Origin: a virus
Lineage: Duplodnaviria > Caudoviricetes
Strand: one strand, 5' to 3'
IMG/VR virus record: IMGVR_UViG_3300033513_000005
Coordinates: 1 to 60,020 of that record
Length of the DNA stretch: 60,020 bases
Shown: piece after piece, positions 8,215 through 17,188 of the stretch
Numbering within the stretch: the stretch's first letter is position 1
Layout: each line of letters starts with the position of its first letter
The notes under the pieces: model-generated
Told to the model about the DNA's origin: nothing
What the model saw: the letters and a program-made list of their open reading frames with translations, nothing else
Database searches by the model: none
Position numbers and translations under genes: made by a program

Positions 8215-10158
8215 ATGGCAGCTGACTACCCTAAGAGCAAGAGCGTTCAACGAGCTGCTCAAACCGCGTTAACCCGGGATGCCCAGGAACGCGCAAAGGC
8301 TGCGAAACAGGGCAATTCAGGCATCGGCCCCGTCAAATCTCTCGACAGCTTTGTCAACTTCGCTGCCAACTTGGGCATAGGTGCTGACAATGCGATGAGT
8401 GGCAGCACCTACGGCTTCAACCCCGTTACTCGCAACCGCACGTTGCTGGAATGGGTGCATCGCGGAAGCTGGCTTGGCGGCGTTGCAGTTGACGTCGTGG
8501 CGGACGACATGACCCGCGCTGGTATCGAGATGAAGGGCGCGATCGAGCCCAAGGACATGACGAGAATCGAGACTGTGGCCACACGGCTTTCGGTCTGGAA
8601 TAAGATCAACGAGACGATCAAGTGGGCCCGCCTCTATGGTGGTTGCATCGCGGTGATGCTGATTGACGGCCAGGATAGTGAAACACCCCTTCGCCTCAAC
8701 ACCATCCGCAAAGGCCAGTTCCGCGGTCTGCTGGTGCTGGACCGCTGGATGGTGGAACCTTCACTCAATGACCTTGTGACTGAACTTGGCCCTGAGATGG
8801 GTTTGCCCAAGTTCTACAGGGTGGTTGCAGCGGCTCCGGGCTTGAGCCAGATGCGTATTCACCATACGCGGTGCGTCCGCCTGGAAGGGATCCAGCTTCC
8901 GTACTGGCAACGGCTGATGGAGAATCTCTGGGGCTTGTCCGTTATTGAGCGGCTTTATGACCGGATGGTGGCGTTCGATAGCGCAACAACCGGTGCCGCC
9001 CAACTGGTCTACAAGGCCTACATGCGGACGTATAAAGTCAACGGAATGCGCGAGTTGGTCGCGGCTGGCGGTGACGCGGTGGCGGGTCTGGTTTCATATG
9101 TTCATTTCATGCGCAAGTTCCAGGGCATCGAAGGCATGACCCTCATTGACGGCCAGGACGATGTTGCAACCGAAACCCATGCAGCATTCGGCGGGCTGAG
9201 TGACGCACTTGCACAGTTCAGCCAGCAACTCAGCGGGGCTTTGCAGATTCCTCTGGTTCGCCTTTTTGGCCAATCGCCGCAAGGTTTCAGTACCGGAGAG
9301 ACAGACCTCCGCAACTATTACGACACCATCCGCCAGCAGCAAGAGAAGGACTTGCGGGTTCCTGCGACCCGGATTTACCGAGCAATGGCTGCGAGTGAGG
9401 GAATCACGCTGCCTGATGACTTCGAGATTGAATTCCGCAGTCTCTGGCAGTTGCCTGATGAGACCAAGGCAACCATCGCCAACACCGTAGCCGGAGCAGT
9501 GAATACGCTTGAGAATGGTGGCGTCATCACTCGAGGCACCGCGCTTCGTGAACTCAAGCAGAGTAGCGAGATCACCGGGGTCTTTTCCAATATCACTCCA
9601 CAAGACATCTCGGACGCGGATGGTGAGGGTCCTCCCATTCCGGAGACCGTCGAGGTTGCCAATATCCGTGCTGGTGCCCAGGTGCTCGCAAGCGAGAAGA
9701 AGGGGGAGGCAGAATCGGGGCAGCAGCCGGGCAAGGGGCCGACAGGGGCCGAGGAAGCTGCGGTGCCGCTGGTTGCGGACGCTGTACGTGCAATGCGGGC
9801 CCGGGATGGCGCTACCCGTGCCGCGGGGATCATGTTTGTCACACCCGAAGGGAAGATGCTTCTGCTCCAACGGGGTATGAACGGTGACTATCCCGGCACA
9901 TGGGGTCTCCCGGGTGGCCGAATTGAGGCTGGTGAGAGCGACGAAGCTGCGGCACGTCGCGAGACACTAGAAGAGGTGGGCTTCAACTATACCGGCCCGC
10001 TGAGATTGCTGTCGGCGAGGGATGGGTTCGCAACATACGTGGCGGAAGTTCCCGAACCCTTCAGCGTGGTCATCAATAACGAATCCAGCGCTTACGGCTG
10101 GTTCGGCCACCAGACGAACCTTCACCCGGGTCTCGCCAACCTTCTCCGTAGCCTGTAA
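8215..10158 (+). CDS. Portal protein (DUF1073-type) with C-terminal Nudix hydrolase domain
   Basis: Position after TerL; SWLGGVAVDVVADDMTRAG, WARLYGG, IPLVRLFGQSPQG, DLRNYYD portal motifs; intact Nudix box at 9916-9984. Confidence 0.92.
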   Translation: MAADYPKSKSVQRAAQTALTRDAQERAKAAKQGNSGIGPVKSLDSFVNFAANLGIGADNAMSGSTYGFNPVTRNRTLLEWVHRGSWLGGVAVDVVADDMTRAGIEMKGAIEPKDMTRIETVATRLSVWNKINETIKWARLYGGCIAVMLIDGQDSETPLRLNTIRKGQFRGLLVLDRWMVEPSLNDLVTELGPEMGLPKFYRVVAAAPGLSQMRIHHTRCVRLEGIQLPYWQRLMENLWGLSVIERLYDRMVAFDSATTGAAQLVYKAYMRTYKVNGMRELVAAGGDAVAGLVSYVHFMRKFQGIEGMTLIDGQDDVATETHAAFGGLSDALAQFSQQLSGALQIPLVRLFGQSPQGFSTGETDLRNYYDTIRQQQEKDLRVPATRIYRAMAASEGITLPDDFEIEFRSLWQLPDETKATIANTVAGAVNTLENGGVITRGTALRELKQSSEITGVFSNITPQDISDADGEGPPIPETVEVANIRAGAQVLASEKKGEAESGQQPGKGPTGAEEAAVPLVADAVRAMRARDGATRAAGIMFVTPEGKMLLLQRGMNGDYPGTWGLPGGRIEAGESDEAAARRETLEEVGFNYTGPLRLLSARDGFATYVAEVPEPFSVVINNESSAYGWFGHQTNLHPGLANLLRSL

Positions 10159-10925
10159 TGGCAACCACATCCCGCAAGGAAGCGCAAGAAGCACGGAGGA
10201 AAGCCCGTGAACGATTTGCCATGGCTGAAAGGCTTGAAGCAGAATACATGCGGGCGATGCGCCAGTTGACGCGTCAGGTTGACTATATCGTCAAAGCAAT
10301 GGCCCCCGGTGGATGGGTTAAGGACGCGAATCAACTTCAATCTGTGCTGCGTCAATACGCCAAGGTAATCACCCCTTGGGCCCAGAGTGTTGCAGAACGA
10401 ATGGTGTTGCGCATCGCTCGAAAAGACGAGGCGGCCTGGACTCAGTTGGGCGCCAGTATCGGGCGCGAATTGCGCAAGGAAATTCAGGAAGCTCCAACCG
10501 GCGATTTCCTTCAACTGTTTCTCCGTGAACAGGTGCATCTCATCACAAGTCTGCCTGAGGATGCTGCAGACAGGGTGCATAAGTTGACTCTGGAAGGGAT
10601 TACCGGTGCCAAGCGTGCGGATGAAGTGGCGGCAGAGATATTGAAGACGGGGCAAGTGACGGAGTCGCGTGCAAAGCTGATTGCACGAACCGAGATTGCC
10701 CGTACCGCATCTGGTCTGACCATGGCGCGTGCCCAGCACGTAGGGTCAACCCATTATATCTGGCGCACCAGCGGTGACACAGATGTCCGCAGTAGCCACA
10801 AGGAAATGGATGGCAAGATTGTGCCGTGGGCCAACCCGCCAATTCTGTCCGACGGGACCCGCACACACGCCGGAATGATTTACAATTGCAGGTGCTATCC
10901 TGAACCCATTTTGACGGAAGATTGA
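10158..10925 (+). CDS. Minor head morphogenesis protein (MuF/SPP1 gp7 family)
   Basis: RAKLIARTE, YIWRTSGDTDVRSSH, HAGMIYNCRC. Confidence 0.92.
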   Translation: MATTSRKEAQEARRKARERFAMAERLEAEYMRAMRQLTRQVDYIVKAMAPGGWVKDANQLQSVLRQYAKVITPWAQSVAERMVLRIARKDEAAWTQLGASIGRELRKEIQEAPTGDFLQLFLREQVHLITSLPEDAADRVHKLTLEGITGAKRADEVAAEILKTGQVTESRAKLIARTEIARTASGLTMARAQHVGSTHYIWRTSGDTDVRSSHKEMDGKIVPWANPPILSDGTRTHAGMIYNCRCYPEPILTED

Positions 10926-10998
10926 GCGGATGCACGTTTGAAGGTTGCGGGCACGTATAATCGCAAACTGTCAACCCCTGTATTCTGAAAGGATTGCC

Positions 10999-11580
10999 AT
11001 GGAGAAAAATCAAACGGGCCAAGGCGAAGATGGCCGCGCACTGGTGGCCGCTGCTGTTATGCTCGGTGCCTCCCCCGCAATCGGTGAGCGGATGGAAGCT
11101 CACGGCAAGTACAAGCTCCAATGCCACGCCTACGAAGGCGGCCCGCTGCTGTGGGAAGAGGACATCGACAACCTCGTCACCACGGTGGGCAAGAATGACA
11201 TGCTGGACAAGTATCTGGCGGGCAGTGCGTACACGGCCGCATGGTACATTGGCCTGATCTCCGCCACCGGTTACACCACCGGCCCCGCTGTGGGCGACAC
11301 CATGGCAAGCCACACCGGCTGGGCCGAGGACGTGGCATACACCCAGGGCGCACGGCCCACCACCGCGTGGAACGCGGCTGCGTCCGGCTCCAAGAGCTTG
11401 TCTGCCGGTGCAGTGTTCACCATGAACGCCACCACCACCATCAAGGGCTGTTTCCTGACCAGCGTTTCCACCAAGTCGGGCACGACCGGCATCCTGTTCA
11501 GCGCTGGCCTGTTCACCGGCGGCGATCAACCCGTGGTTTCGGGCAACACCCTGACCGTTTCCTACACCGCATCCGTCTAA
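10999..11580 (+). CDS. Virion fibre or appendage subunit (putative)
   Basis: Thr/Gly/Ala-rich beta protein ending in LTVSYT; strongly C-ending codons like the capsid gene; AAGGA RBS. Confidence 0.6.
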   Translation: MEKNQTGQGEDGRALVAAAVMLGASPAIGERMEAHGKYKLQCHAYEGGPLLWEEDIDNLVTTVGKNDMLDKYLAGSAYTAAWYIGLISATGYTTGPAVGDTMASHTGWAEDVAYTQGARPTTAWNAAASGSKSLSAGAVFTMNATTTIKGCFLTSVSTKSGTTGILFSAGLFTGGDQPVVSGNTLTVSYTASV

Positions 11581-11591
11581 AAGGGGGCACA

Positions 11592-11780
11592 ATGGCTTCT
11601 TCGTTCAAAAAGGGCGATCCCGTTCGCCAAATCGTGGTCCCTTTGTCGGGTACCGTTGCGGGCTTCCAAGTGGACCAGGAAACCGGTGACCGTCTGGTCA
11701 AGGTGGAATGGACCGATGCTGCCGGCGACCAGCACGCTCGTTTCTTCAAGGAAGACGAGATCGAAGCTGCTCCGCTGTAA
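11592..11780 (+). CDS. Small SH3/KOW-like beta protein (62 aa)
   Basis: FKKGDPVR...VEWTD...FFKEDEIE; GGGGG RBS. Confidence 0.65.
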   Translation: MASSFKKGDPVRQIVVPLSGTVAGFQVDQETGDRLVKVEWTDAAGDQHARFFKEDEIEAAPL

Positions 11781-11799
11781 GCGGTTCTAAGGAGTTAAG

Positions 11800-13704
11800 A
11801 TGGCCGGCTTTGCCGTCTTCTCCTTCGACAATAACGGCTCGGGTGGCGACGCCCTAGCCGGTTTTGACGTCGGCTATTGGGGCCCGGTAGGGAACATTTC
11901 CGAAGCCCTTACCGCTGCGGATACCTCAAACAGCACCCCCACAATTAGCCGTGCTGTCGCTGAGACCGGTACCGCTAACCACACGAACGCGGCAGGGGTT
12001 TCCAAGAGCATAACTGAAACCGGTGCCGCAGCTGACGCTCCAAACCGTACAGCGGGCGCATCCCGCGCAACGAGTGAAGCGGGTGCAGCTAGTGACACCT
12101 CGAACCTGACGCAGAGTGCTTCTCGCGCGACGAGTGAAGCTGCTACCGCAGCTGATAGCTCCAACCTAACCGCTACCTTTTCGCGTGCAACGTCTGAAAC
12201 CGGTGCCGCAGCTGATACAAACACGGCGGGGGTTTCAAAGTCAATTTCCGAAGCTGCAACCGCTTCGGACTCCCCAGCCAGAACATTAACAGCATCAAGC
12301 TCAATTGCGGAAGCAACAACATCAAGCGAGACCGTAAGCGCAGGGGTTTCCAAGGGCGTAACTGAGACTGGGGCATCCAATGACAGCAGCACTCGAAACA
12401 TCACTGCCTCCGCAACACGAACAGAGGCCGGCGCATCTAACGATGCGCAATCAGCGTCCGCAATTGTTAGCGTTGCCGAAGCTGTTATATCAAGCGATAG
12501 CTCCAATCGGTCACTAAGTGCACAAGTCAATCAATCTGAAGCGGGATTAGCAGTTGACAACATCAACCGTTCTGGGTCTTCGGATTCAACAACAAACGAA
12601 AGCACGCCAGCAAGCGATAGCTCTACCTTGGCCCTGTCCGCCAATGGAGCTACCTCTGAGTCGGCAACAACTAGCGAGACATCTAACCTAACACTGTTGG
12701 CAACAAGAACCGTTTCCGAGACTGGGGCATCTGTTGACACGCAGACGGTTAGTGGTACATCTTCCGCAACCACTTCGGAACTTTCCACAGCGAACGAGGT
12801 TGGGGGCGTTACTTTGGCCGCTGGTAGAGCGGTGGTGGAGACTGCCTTAGGGTTTGAGACCAGTAGTCGAACTATGAGTTCCAGTGCTCTGCAGAGTGAA
12901 GCTGGGTCAGCGGTTGACATCCTTGATGGTGCCACTGGAGTTCTGGGTTCGTCTATTGAGTTCGTCTCACTCGCTGAAACTTCCGCACGGTCAATGACGT
13001 CAAGCAGGGTGATTGTGGAAACTTTGCTTGCAACCGACACCATTGCGCGGAACGTTTCCGCTTCCGCAAGTATTGCTGAAGCGTTGGCGGTGGCTGAGAG
13101 CTACAAGGTCGGGTTCCTGAGCAGTAGGTTCGAACGAATCCTGACTTTGGACTCGTGCTCGGTTACCGGGCAGATGTTTGCCGTGCAGGTTGAGCAGGGA
13201 ATGCACCCGCTGGAGGCCCAGGGCGGGGCGCTGGGAGCGTTTGCTTACAGGGGTGAGGGGGTAATCGCAGCTGATAGCAGCGCTCGCACGGTGGGTGCAT
13301 TGGTGTTCACATTTGAGTACGCGCCAATCGCGGAATACCCGACCGCGGGCCTGGAAATCTTCATTGTGGTCAATGAGGTTGCTCAGGCTTGGGAGATCAC
13401 CCCTCGAACGCTGCTCACGTTCGAGCAAACCAGTGAATCCGCAACAGCTTCCGACCTCCCGGGTGTCGTTACGTTTGCGGGGGTGAACGAGACGGCAATT
13501 GCGAGCGAAATTGTTGACGTACTGAACGAATACGTACCCACTGTTCTTGAGGCGCTTAATGCTGGGGATACTTCCTCGCTCCCGATTGCAAAGATTGATG
13601 GTCGATATGTTGCATACGCTACGGTGTTGAATTACCAAGGGCGGTCAGGTGCTACCGACTATATCGCCTATGCTCAAACTCAGTCATATAAGGCAATCCC
13701 ATGA
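11800..13704 (+). CDS. Ser/Thr/Ala-rich repeat fibre protein
   Basis: About 29 imperfect repeats of roughly 18-20 aa with an E-x5-(D/E) core; AAGGAG RBS. Confidence 0.75.
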   Translation: MAGFAVFSFDNNGSGGDALAGFDVGYWGPVGNISEALTAADTSNSTPTISRAVAETGTANHTNAAGVSKSITETGAAADAPNRTAGASRATSEAGAASDTSNLTQSASRATSEAATAADSSNLTATFSRATSETGAAADTNTAGVSKSISEAATASDSPARTLTASSSIAEATTSSETVSAGVSKGVTETGASNDSSTRNITASATRTEAGASNDAQSASAIVSVAEAVISSDSSNRSLSAQVNQSEAGLAVDNINRSGSSDSTTNESTPASDSSTLALSANGATSESATTSETSNLTLLATRTVSETGASVDTQTVSGTSSATTSELSTANEVGGVTLAAGRAVVETALGFETSSRTMSSSALQSEAGSAVDILDGATGVLGSSIEFVSLAETSARSMTSSRVIVETLLATDTIARNVSASASIAEALAVAESYKVGFLSSRFERILTLDSCSVTGQMFAVQVEQGMHPLEAQGGALGAFAYRGEGVIAADSSARTVGALVFTFEYAPIAEYPTAGLEIFIVVNEVAQAWEITPRTLLTFEQTSESATASDLPGVVTFAGVNETAIASEIVDVLNEYVPTVLEALNAGDTSSLPIAKIDGRYVAYATVLNYQGRSGATDYIAYAQTQSYKAIP

Positions 13705-14024
13705 GCTGCACAAACGAACTCTCACGTAAATCCCCCGATGCGAAAGTCATCATCACTTTCGACTTCTCAACCGCGCTTGAACCCGGTGAGACCTTGACGT
13801 CTTTTGTGTCACGCGACATTGCAGTGATTGCAGGGGTAGATCCCGACCCTACCCTGATGTGGAACGGGCCCCAAGTGCTTGGCATTGGCAGCACCTATGT
13901 CCAGCAACCTGTGCAGGGTGGCCTGGATGGGTGTTACTACCAACTTGAAATGATTTACGATACCAATGTGCCAGGCCGACGCCTTGTGGTCACTGCGGTC
14001 CTCCCTGTTTTCTCGGCGTCATAG
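13701..14024 (+). CDS. Putative fibre adaptor protein
   Basis: KSPDAKVIITFDFS...GETL...VQGGLDGCYY...GRRL pattern recalled from small phage fibre adaptors; coupled to the repeat gene. Confidence 0.55.
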   Translation: MSCTNELSRKSPDAKVIITFDFSTALEPGETLTSFVSRDIAVIAGVDPDPTLMWNGPQVLGIGSTYVQQPVQGGLDGCYYQLEMIYDTNVPGRRLVVTAVLPVFSAS

Positions 14025-14033
14025 GAGATTAAC

Positions 14034-14606
14034 ATGGTTCCTGATATTGTAAATATGACACCCGTTACCGGCCGAATGATTGCTGAAGGCAATCTCGTCA
14101 AAAACATCGTTGACGAGACGCTGCCTGGTGTCCGGGTGGTGGACGCGGATAATTTCGTTGTTCATCTTGGCATCGCATTCATCTATCGTGAAGTAGCACA
14201 ATTGGCGGCTGGAGGCGTCATGCGTTTACTCGGGCGCGTTGGGGCTAAAGAAGTGCACTTGACAGATTTTCTTATCCGGTGTGACCAGGCCCCTGTCACT
14301 ATTGAATTCTTCGAGAGCCCAACCGTCACCGCGCCTGGGACTGCTGGGACTCCGATTGCAAAGAACCGGATCGTGAGTGCTATCCCGACGACCAGCGTGT
14401 TCCTGAATCCGACTGTTACAAGCGACGGAACGCGTCTCGATATTGACAAACTTCTGGGCGCCAACAAGGATGTTGGCGGGCGGGACCTTCACACCGAATG
14501 GCTTCTGAAACCGAATACTGACTATATATTCAAAATCACCAATTCCTCAGCGCAGATTGCGAATATCGTGGCCGGCTTTATTTGGAGCGAAACTCCCGTA
14601 GTTTGA
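14034..14606 (+). CDS. Hypothetical structural (beta-rich) protein
   Basis: AGGAG RBS; EWLLKPNTDYIFKITN beta pattern. Confidence 0.65.
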   Translation: MVPDIVNMTPVTGRMIAEGNLVKNIVDETLPGVRVVDADNFVVHLGIAFIYREVAQLAAGGVMRLLGRVGAKEVHLTDFLIRCDQAPVTIEFFESPTVTAPGTAGTPIAKNRIVSAIPTTSVFLNPTVTSDGTRLDIDKLLGANKDVGGRDLHTEWLLKPNTDYIFKITNSSAQIANIVAGFIWSETPVV

Positions 14607-14702
14607 CGCTTAGGGCATATTGCTTGCCTTAAGTACGGGTGATTGCATAAAATGTCAACTGTTGCATTCCATCCAAATCTTTCAACCCCACGAGGTACTG
14701 AA

Positions 14703-15149
14703 ATGAAGAAACTGTTTCTCATGATTTCGTTGGCCGTTCTGGCCGTACTGGCCCCGGCGAGCATGGCCCTCGCGGACGCCGCGTATCCCTACACGACTCC
14801 GACCTACATCCCGTCCGCCGTGTCTCCGGTGCAGAACTTCGCTGCGCCCAGCACTGCGTACACGGTGACTCTGCAGAACGGTGGCATTCTGGGCGTGGAC
14901 ATCAACGGCACCTGTACCAGTCTGGCGGCTACCGTCGAAGTTACGGTGGACGGTACCACCTGGCGAGCGGTCAACGTCTATCCCATGGCTACCGGTGTGA
15001 TTGCAGCGGCAGCTTCGATCGTGGCGGCGGGTGCTTACCGTGTCAATGTCAGCGGGGCCCGCATTGCCCGGGTCAACATCAGCGCGTTGACCGCGAGCTG
15101 CAATGTCAGTGCTGTGGTGACGTCCGGTGCCCTTGCCCCGACGCTGTAA
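14703..15149 (+). CDS. Beta-sandwich protein with N-terminal signal peptide
   Basis: MKK + hydrophobic core + ALA|D; GAGG RBS. Confidence 0.7.
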   Translation: MKKLFLMISLAVLAVLAPASMALADAAYPYTTPTYIPSAVSPVQNFAAPSTAYTVTLQNGGILGVDINGTCTSLAATVEVTVDGTTWRAVNVYPMATGVIAAAASIVAAGAYRVNVSGARIARVNISALTASCNVSAVVTSGALAPTL

Positions 15150-15182
15150 GCACCAGCTTCCCAACTGTACCCATTGCGCCAA

Positions 15183-16586
15183 ATGCGTTCGTCCTTTTAC
15201 GTCACTGAAAAGCTCGGCCCCAAGCAGAGCTTGACCCCGGAGGGCTTTCTTCTGTGTGAAGAAGTACCTCTGGCACGTACCGGGATGATGATTTATGGTC
15301 CTGACGAAACCCCGATCAAGGCGGGCCCTGAGGGTATAGTAAAGATTTTCCGCGAGCCTGCGGATGTTTTTACACCTCAGACTATCGGCTCGGCACAGGG
15401 CAAGCCGGTGACCAACGATCACCCCGAAGAGGATGTCACCCCGGGTAACTGGCGGGATCTGTCCCATGGCACGATGCTGAACGTGCGCCGCGGGGTTGGG
15501 GCAATGGACGACTTGCTGATTGGTGACCTGTTGGTTACCACTCCCGAAGGTATCGATGCTGTCCGTAGCGGCAAAACCGAAGTCAGCTTGGGCTATGAAG
15601 CTGACTACGAAGAAACCGCCTTGGGTGTTGGCAAGCAATCGAACATCATTATCAATCATATCGCGCTGGTCGATCAAGGTCGCTGCGGCCCGCGATGCGC
15701 AATCAGTGACCGACAACCCGATCAACTTAGGAGCACCGCCATGGCAAAGAAGCCCAGCAAGATCCTCGATGCAATGCTCAAGGCCTTCAAAGCCAAGGAC
15801 GCCGCCGAGGTGGAACAAATCGCCAAGCAAGTCGAAGACGAGCTGCCGGAGGCCGCCACCGTCACCAACGGCGACACCCACATCCATGTCCACACCGGCA
15901 GCGATCCCGCTCTGCCCATGACCGGCAACGACCAGGAGATCCCCGGCAGCACTGCTGGCAGCGAAGGCGGCACCCCGGCCCGCGTGTTGGATGACGAGGC
16001 CCTGCAAGCCCACATCGACCAGAACGCGGCGGAACATGCTGAGATGCGTGAGATGATCACCGCTCTGCAGCAGCAAGTGGCAGCCCTGCAAGCTGGCGAG
16101 GCTGCGGAGCACATGGGTGACGAAGCGATGCCTGAGGGTGCTCTGGACGAGATCCCCGAGGAATTCAAGGAAGAAGCCAAGAAGGCCAAGGACAGCGCCT
16201 ACCTGATGGACAGCTTCCAGGACACTGTGGCCAAGGCTGAAATCCTGGTGCCCGGCATCCGCATCCCCACGGTGGACCGCGCTTCGAAGCCCGGCGACAG
16301 CTACAAGCGCATCTGTGGCTTCCGTCGCCAGGCACTGGACCTGGCTTACGTGCAGCCTGCCACTCGCGCTTTCCTGGAAGACGCTCTGCAAGGCAAGGAA
16401 CTCGACACCAAGAACATGACCTGCGATGCCGTTCGTACGCTGTTCAACACCGCCGCCGCCTCCAAGGCTGCGGCCAACAATGCAGGCGGTGGCCACAAGA
16501 CCGGGGACAGCAAACCCGCAGTCCAGGCACCCCTCACCCTCGCTGAAGTGAACCGCAGGAATGCGGCTCGCTACGCCAGCAACTAA
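15183..16586 (+). CDS. Prohead protease (DUF2213-type) with C-terminal scaffold
   Basis: TPEGFLLC..VPLARTG, GKPVTNDHP, EVSLGY, NHIALVDQGRCGPRCAI; acidic helical C-terminal half. Confidence 0.9.
   Translation: MRSSFYVTEKLGPKQSLTPEGFLLCEEVPLARTGMMIYGPDETPIKAGPEGIVKIFREPADVFTPQTIGSAQGKPVTNDHPEEDVTPGNWRDLSHGTMLNVRRGVGAMDDLLIGDLLVTTPEGIDAVRSGKTEVSLGYEADYEETALGVGKQSNIIINHIALVDQGRCGPRCAISDRQPDQLRSTAMAKKPSKILDAMLKAFKAKDAAEVEQIAKQVEDELPEAATVTNGDTHIHVHTGSDPALPMTGNDQEIPGSTAGSEGGTPARVLDDEALQAHIDQNAAEHAEMREMITALQQQVAALQAGEAAEHMGDEAMPEGALDEIPEEFKEEAKKAKDSAYLMDSFQDTVAKAEILVPGIRIPTVDRASKPGDSYKRICGFRRQALDLAYVQPATRAFLEDALQGKELDTKNMTCDAVRTLFNTAAASKAAANNAGGGHKTGDSKPAVQAPLTLAEVNRRNAARYASN
15741..16586 (+). CDS. 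Nested in-frame scaffold protein (internal start)
   Basis: TAGGAG RBS before ATG 15741; codon usage switches to the high-expression pattern from here. Confidence 0.65.
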   Translation: MAKKPSKILDAMLKAFKAKDAAEVEQIAKQVEDELPEAATVTNGDTHIHVHTGSDPALPMTGNDQEIPGSTAGSEGGTPARVLDDEALQAHIDQNAAEHAEMREMITALQQQVAALQAGEAAEHMGDEAMPEGALDEIPEEFKEEAKKAKDSAYLMDSFQDTVAKAEILVPGIRIPTVDRASKPGDSYKRICGFRRQALDLAYVQPATRAFLEDALQGKELDTKNMTCDAVRTLFNTAAASKAAANNAGGGHKTGDSKPAVQAPLTLAEVNRRNAARYASN

Positions 16587-16615
16587 GCCCAGTCCCCATC
16601 CTCCAGGAGAATGAC

Positions 16616-17161
16616 ATGAAAATTCGCATGAAGACGCACGACGTCGCTTTCCAGTTCCGCATGGGTGCTGGTTTCGCTGGTGACGTGAACCGTACCCACC
16701 CCGCATCCATCGAGCCCTGCCTGATCGATGCAACCACCCCGCCCACTGCGTTCGGCCAGGCGGTGCTGGTGACCGCCACCCAAGGCGTTCGCCCGTATTC
16801 CACGGCTGACGCGAACGACACCGTCGCTTCCACCGCATGGGGTGTGACGGTTCGCCCGTACCCCTTCCAGCAGTCCAGCACGAGCAACTTCGGTGAAGCT
16901 GCGATCGGCTCCGCAACCCCGCCCACCACTGGCGTGATCGACGTGCTGCGTGCCGGCTACATCATGGGCAAGGTCCCCGCGGGCCAGACCCCCAAGAAGA
17001 GCGACCCGGTCTACGTGTGGTGTACCGCTTCCGTCGGCGTCCATGTGCAAGGTGGCTTCGAAGCGGCTGCCGACCCACTCGACACGGTCAAGCTGGCCAA
17101 CGCCACCTTCAACGGTTCCCCGGATGCTTCTGGCAACGTGGAAATCTGCTTCAACGTCTAA
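16616..17161 (+). CDS. Head decoration/cement protein
   Basis: Between scaffold and MCP; AFQFRMGAGFAGDVNR, VRPYP, DVLRAGYI, GNVEICFNV. Confidence 0.8.
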   Translation: MKIRMKTHDVAFQFRMGAGFAGDVNRTHPASIEPCLIDATTPPTAFGQAVLVTATQGVRPYSTADANDTVASTAWGVTVRPYPFQQSSTSNFGEAAIGSATPPTTGVIDVLRAGYIMGKVPAGQTPKKSDPVYVWCTASVGVHVQGGFEAAADPLDTVKLANATFNGSPDASGNVEICFNV

Positions 17162-17188
17162 CCGGACATCAACTGAAAAGGAACTGAA

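Noticed and set aside
11950-12460. DNA-level repeats such as TGAAACCGGTGCCGCAGCTGA, suggesting a CRISPR array or DGR template
   Set aside because: They are explained by the encoded protein repeat; no regular spacers and no reverse transcriptase
15147-15185. Signal-peptide ORF is in frame with the protease, separated by one TAA, suggesting readthrough
   Set aside because: One-in-three chance of being in frame, UAA is rarely read through, and an exported prohead protease is implausible
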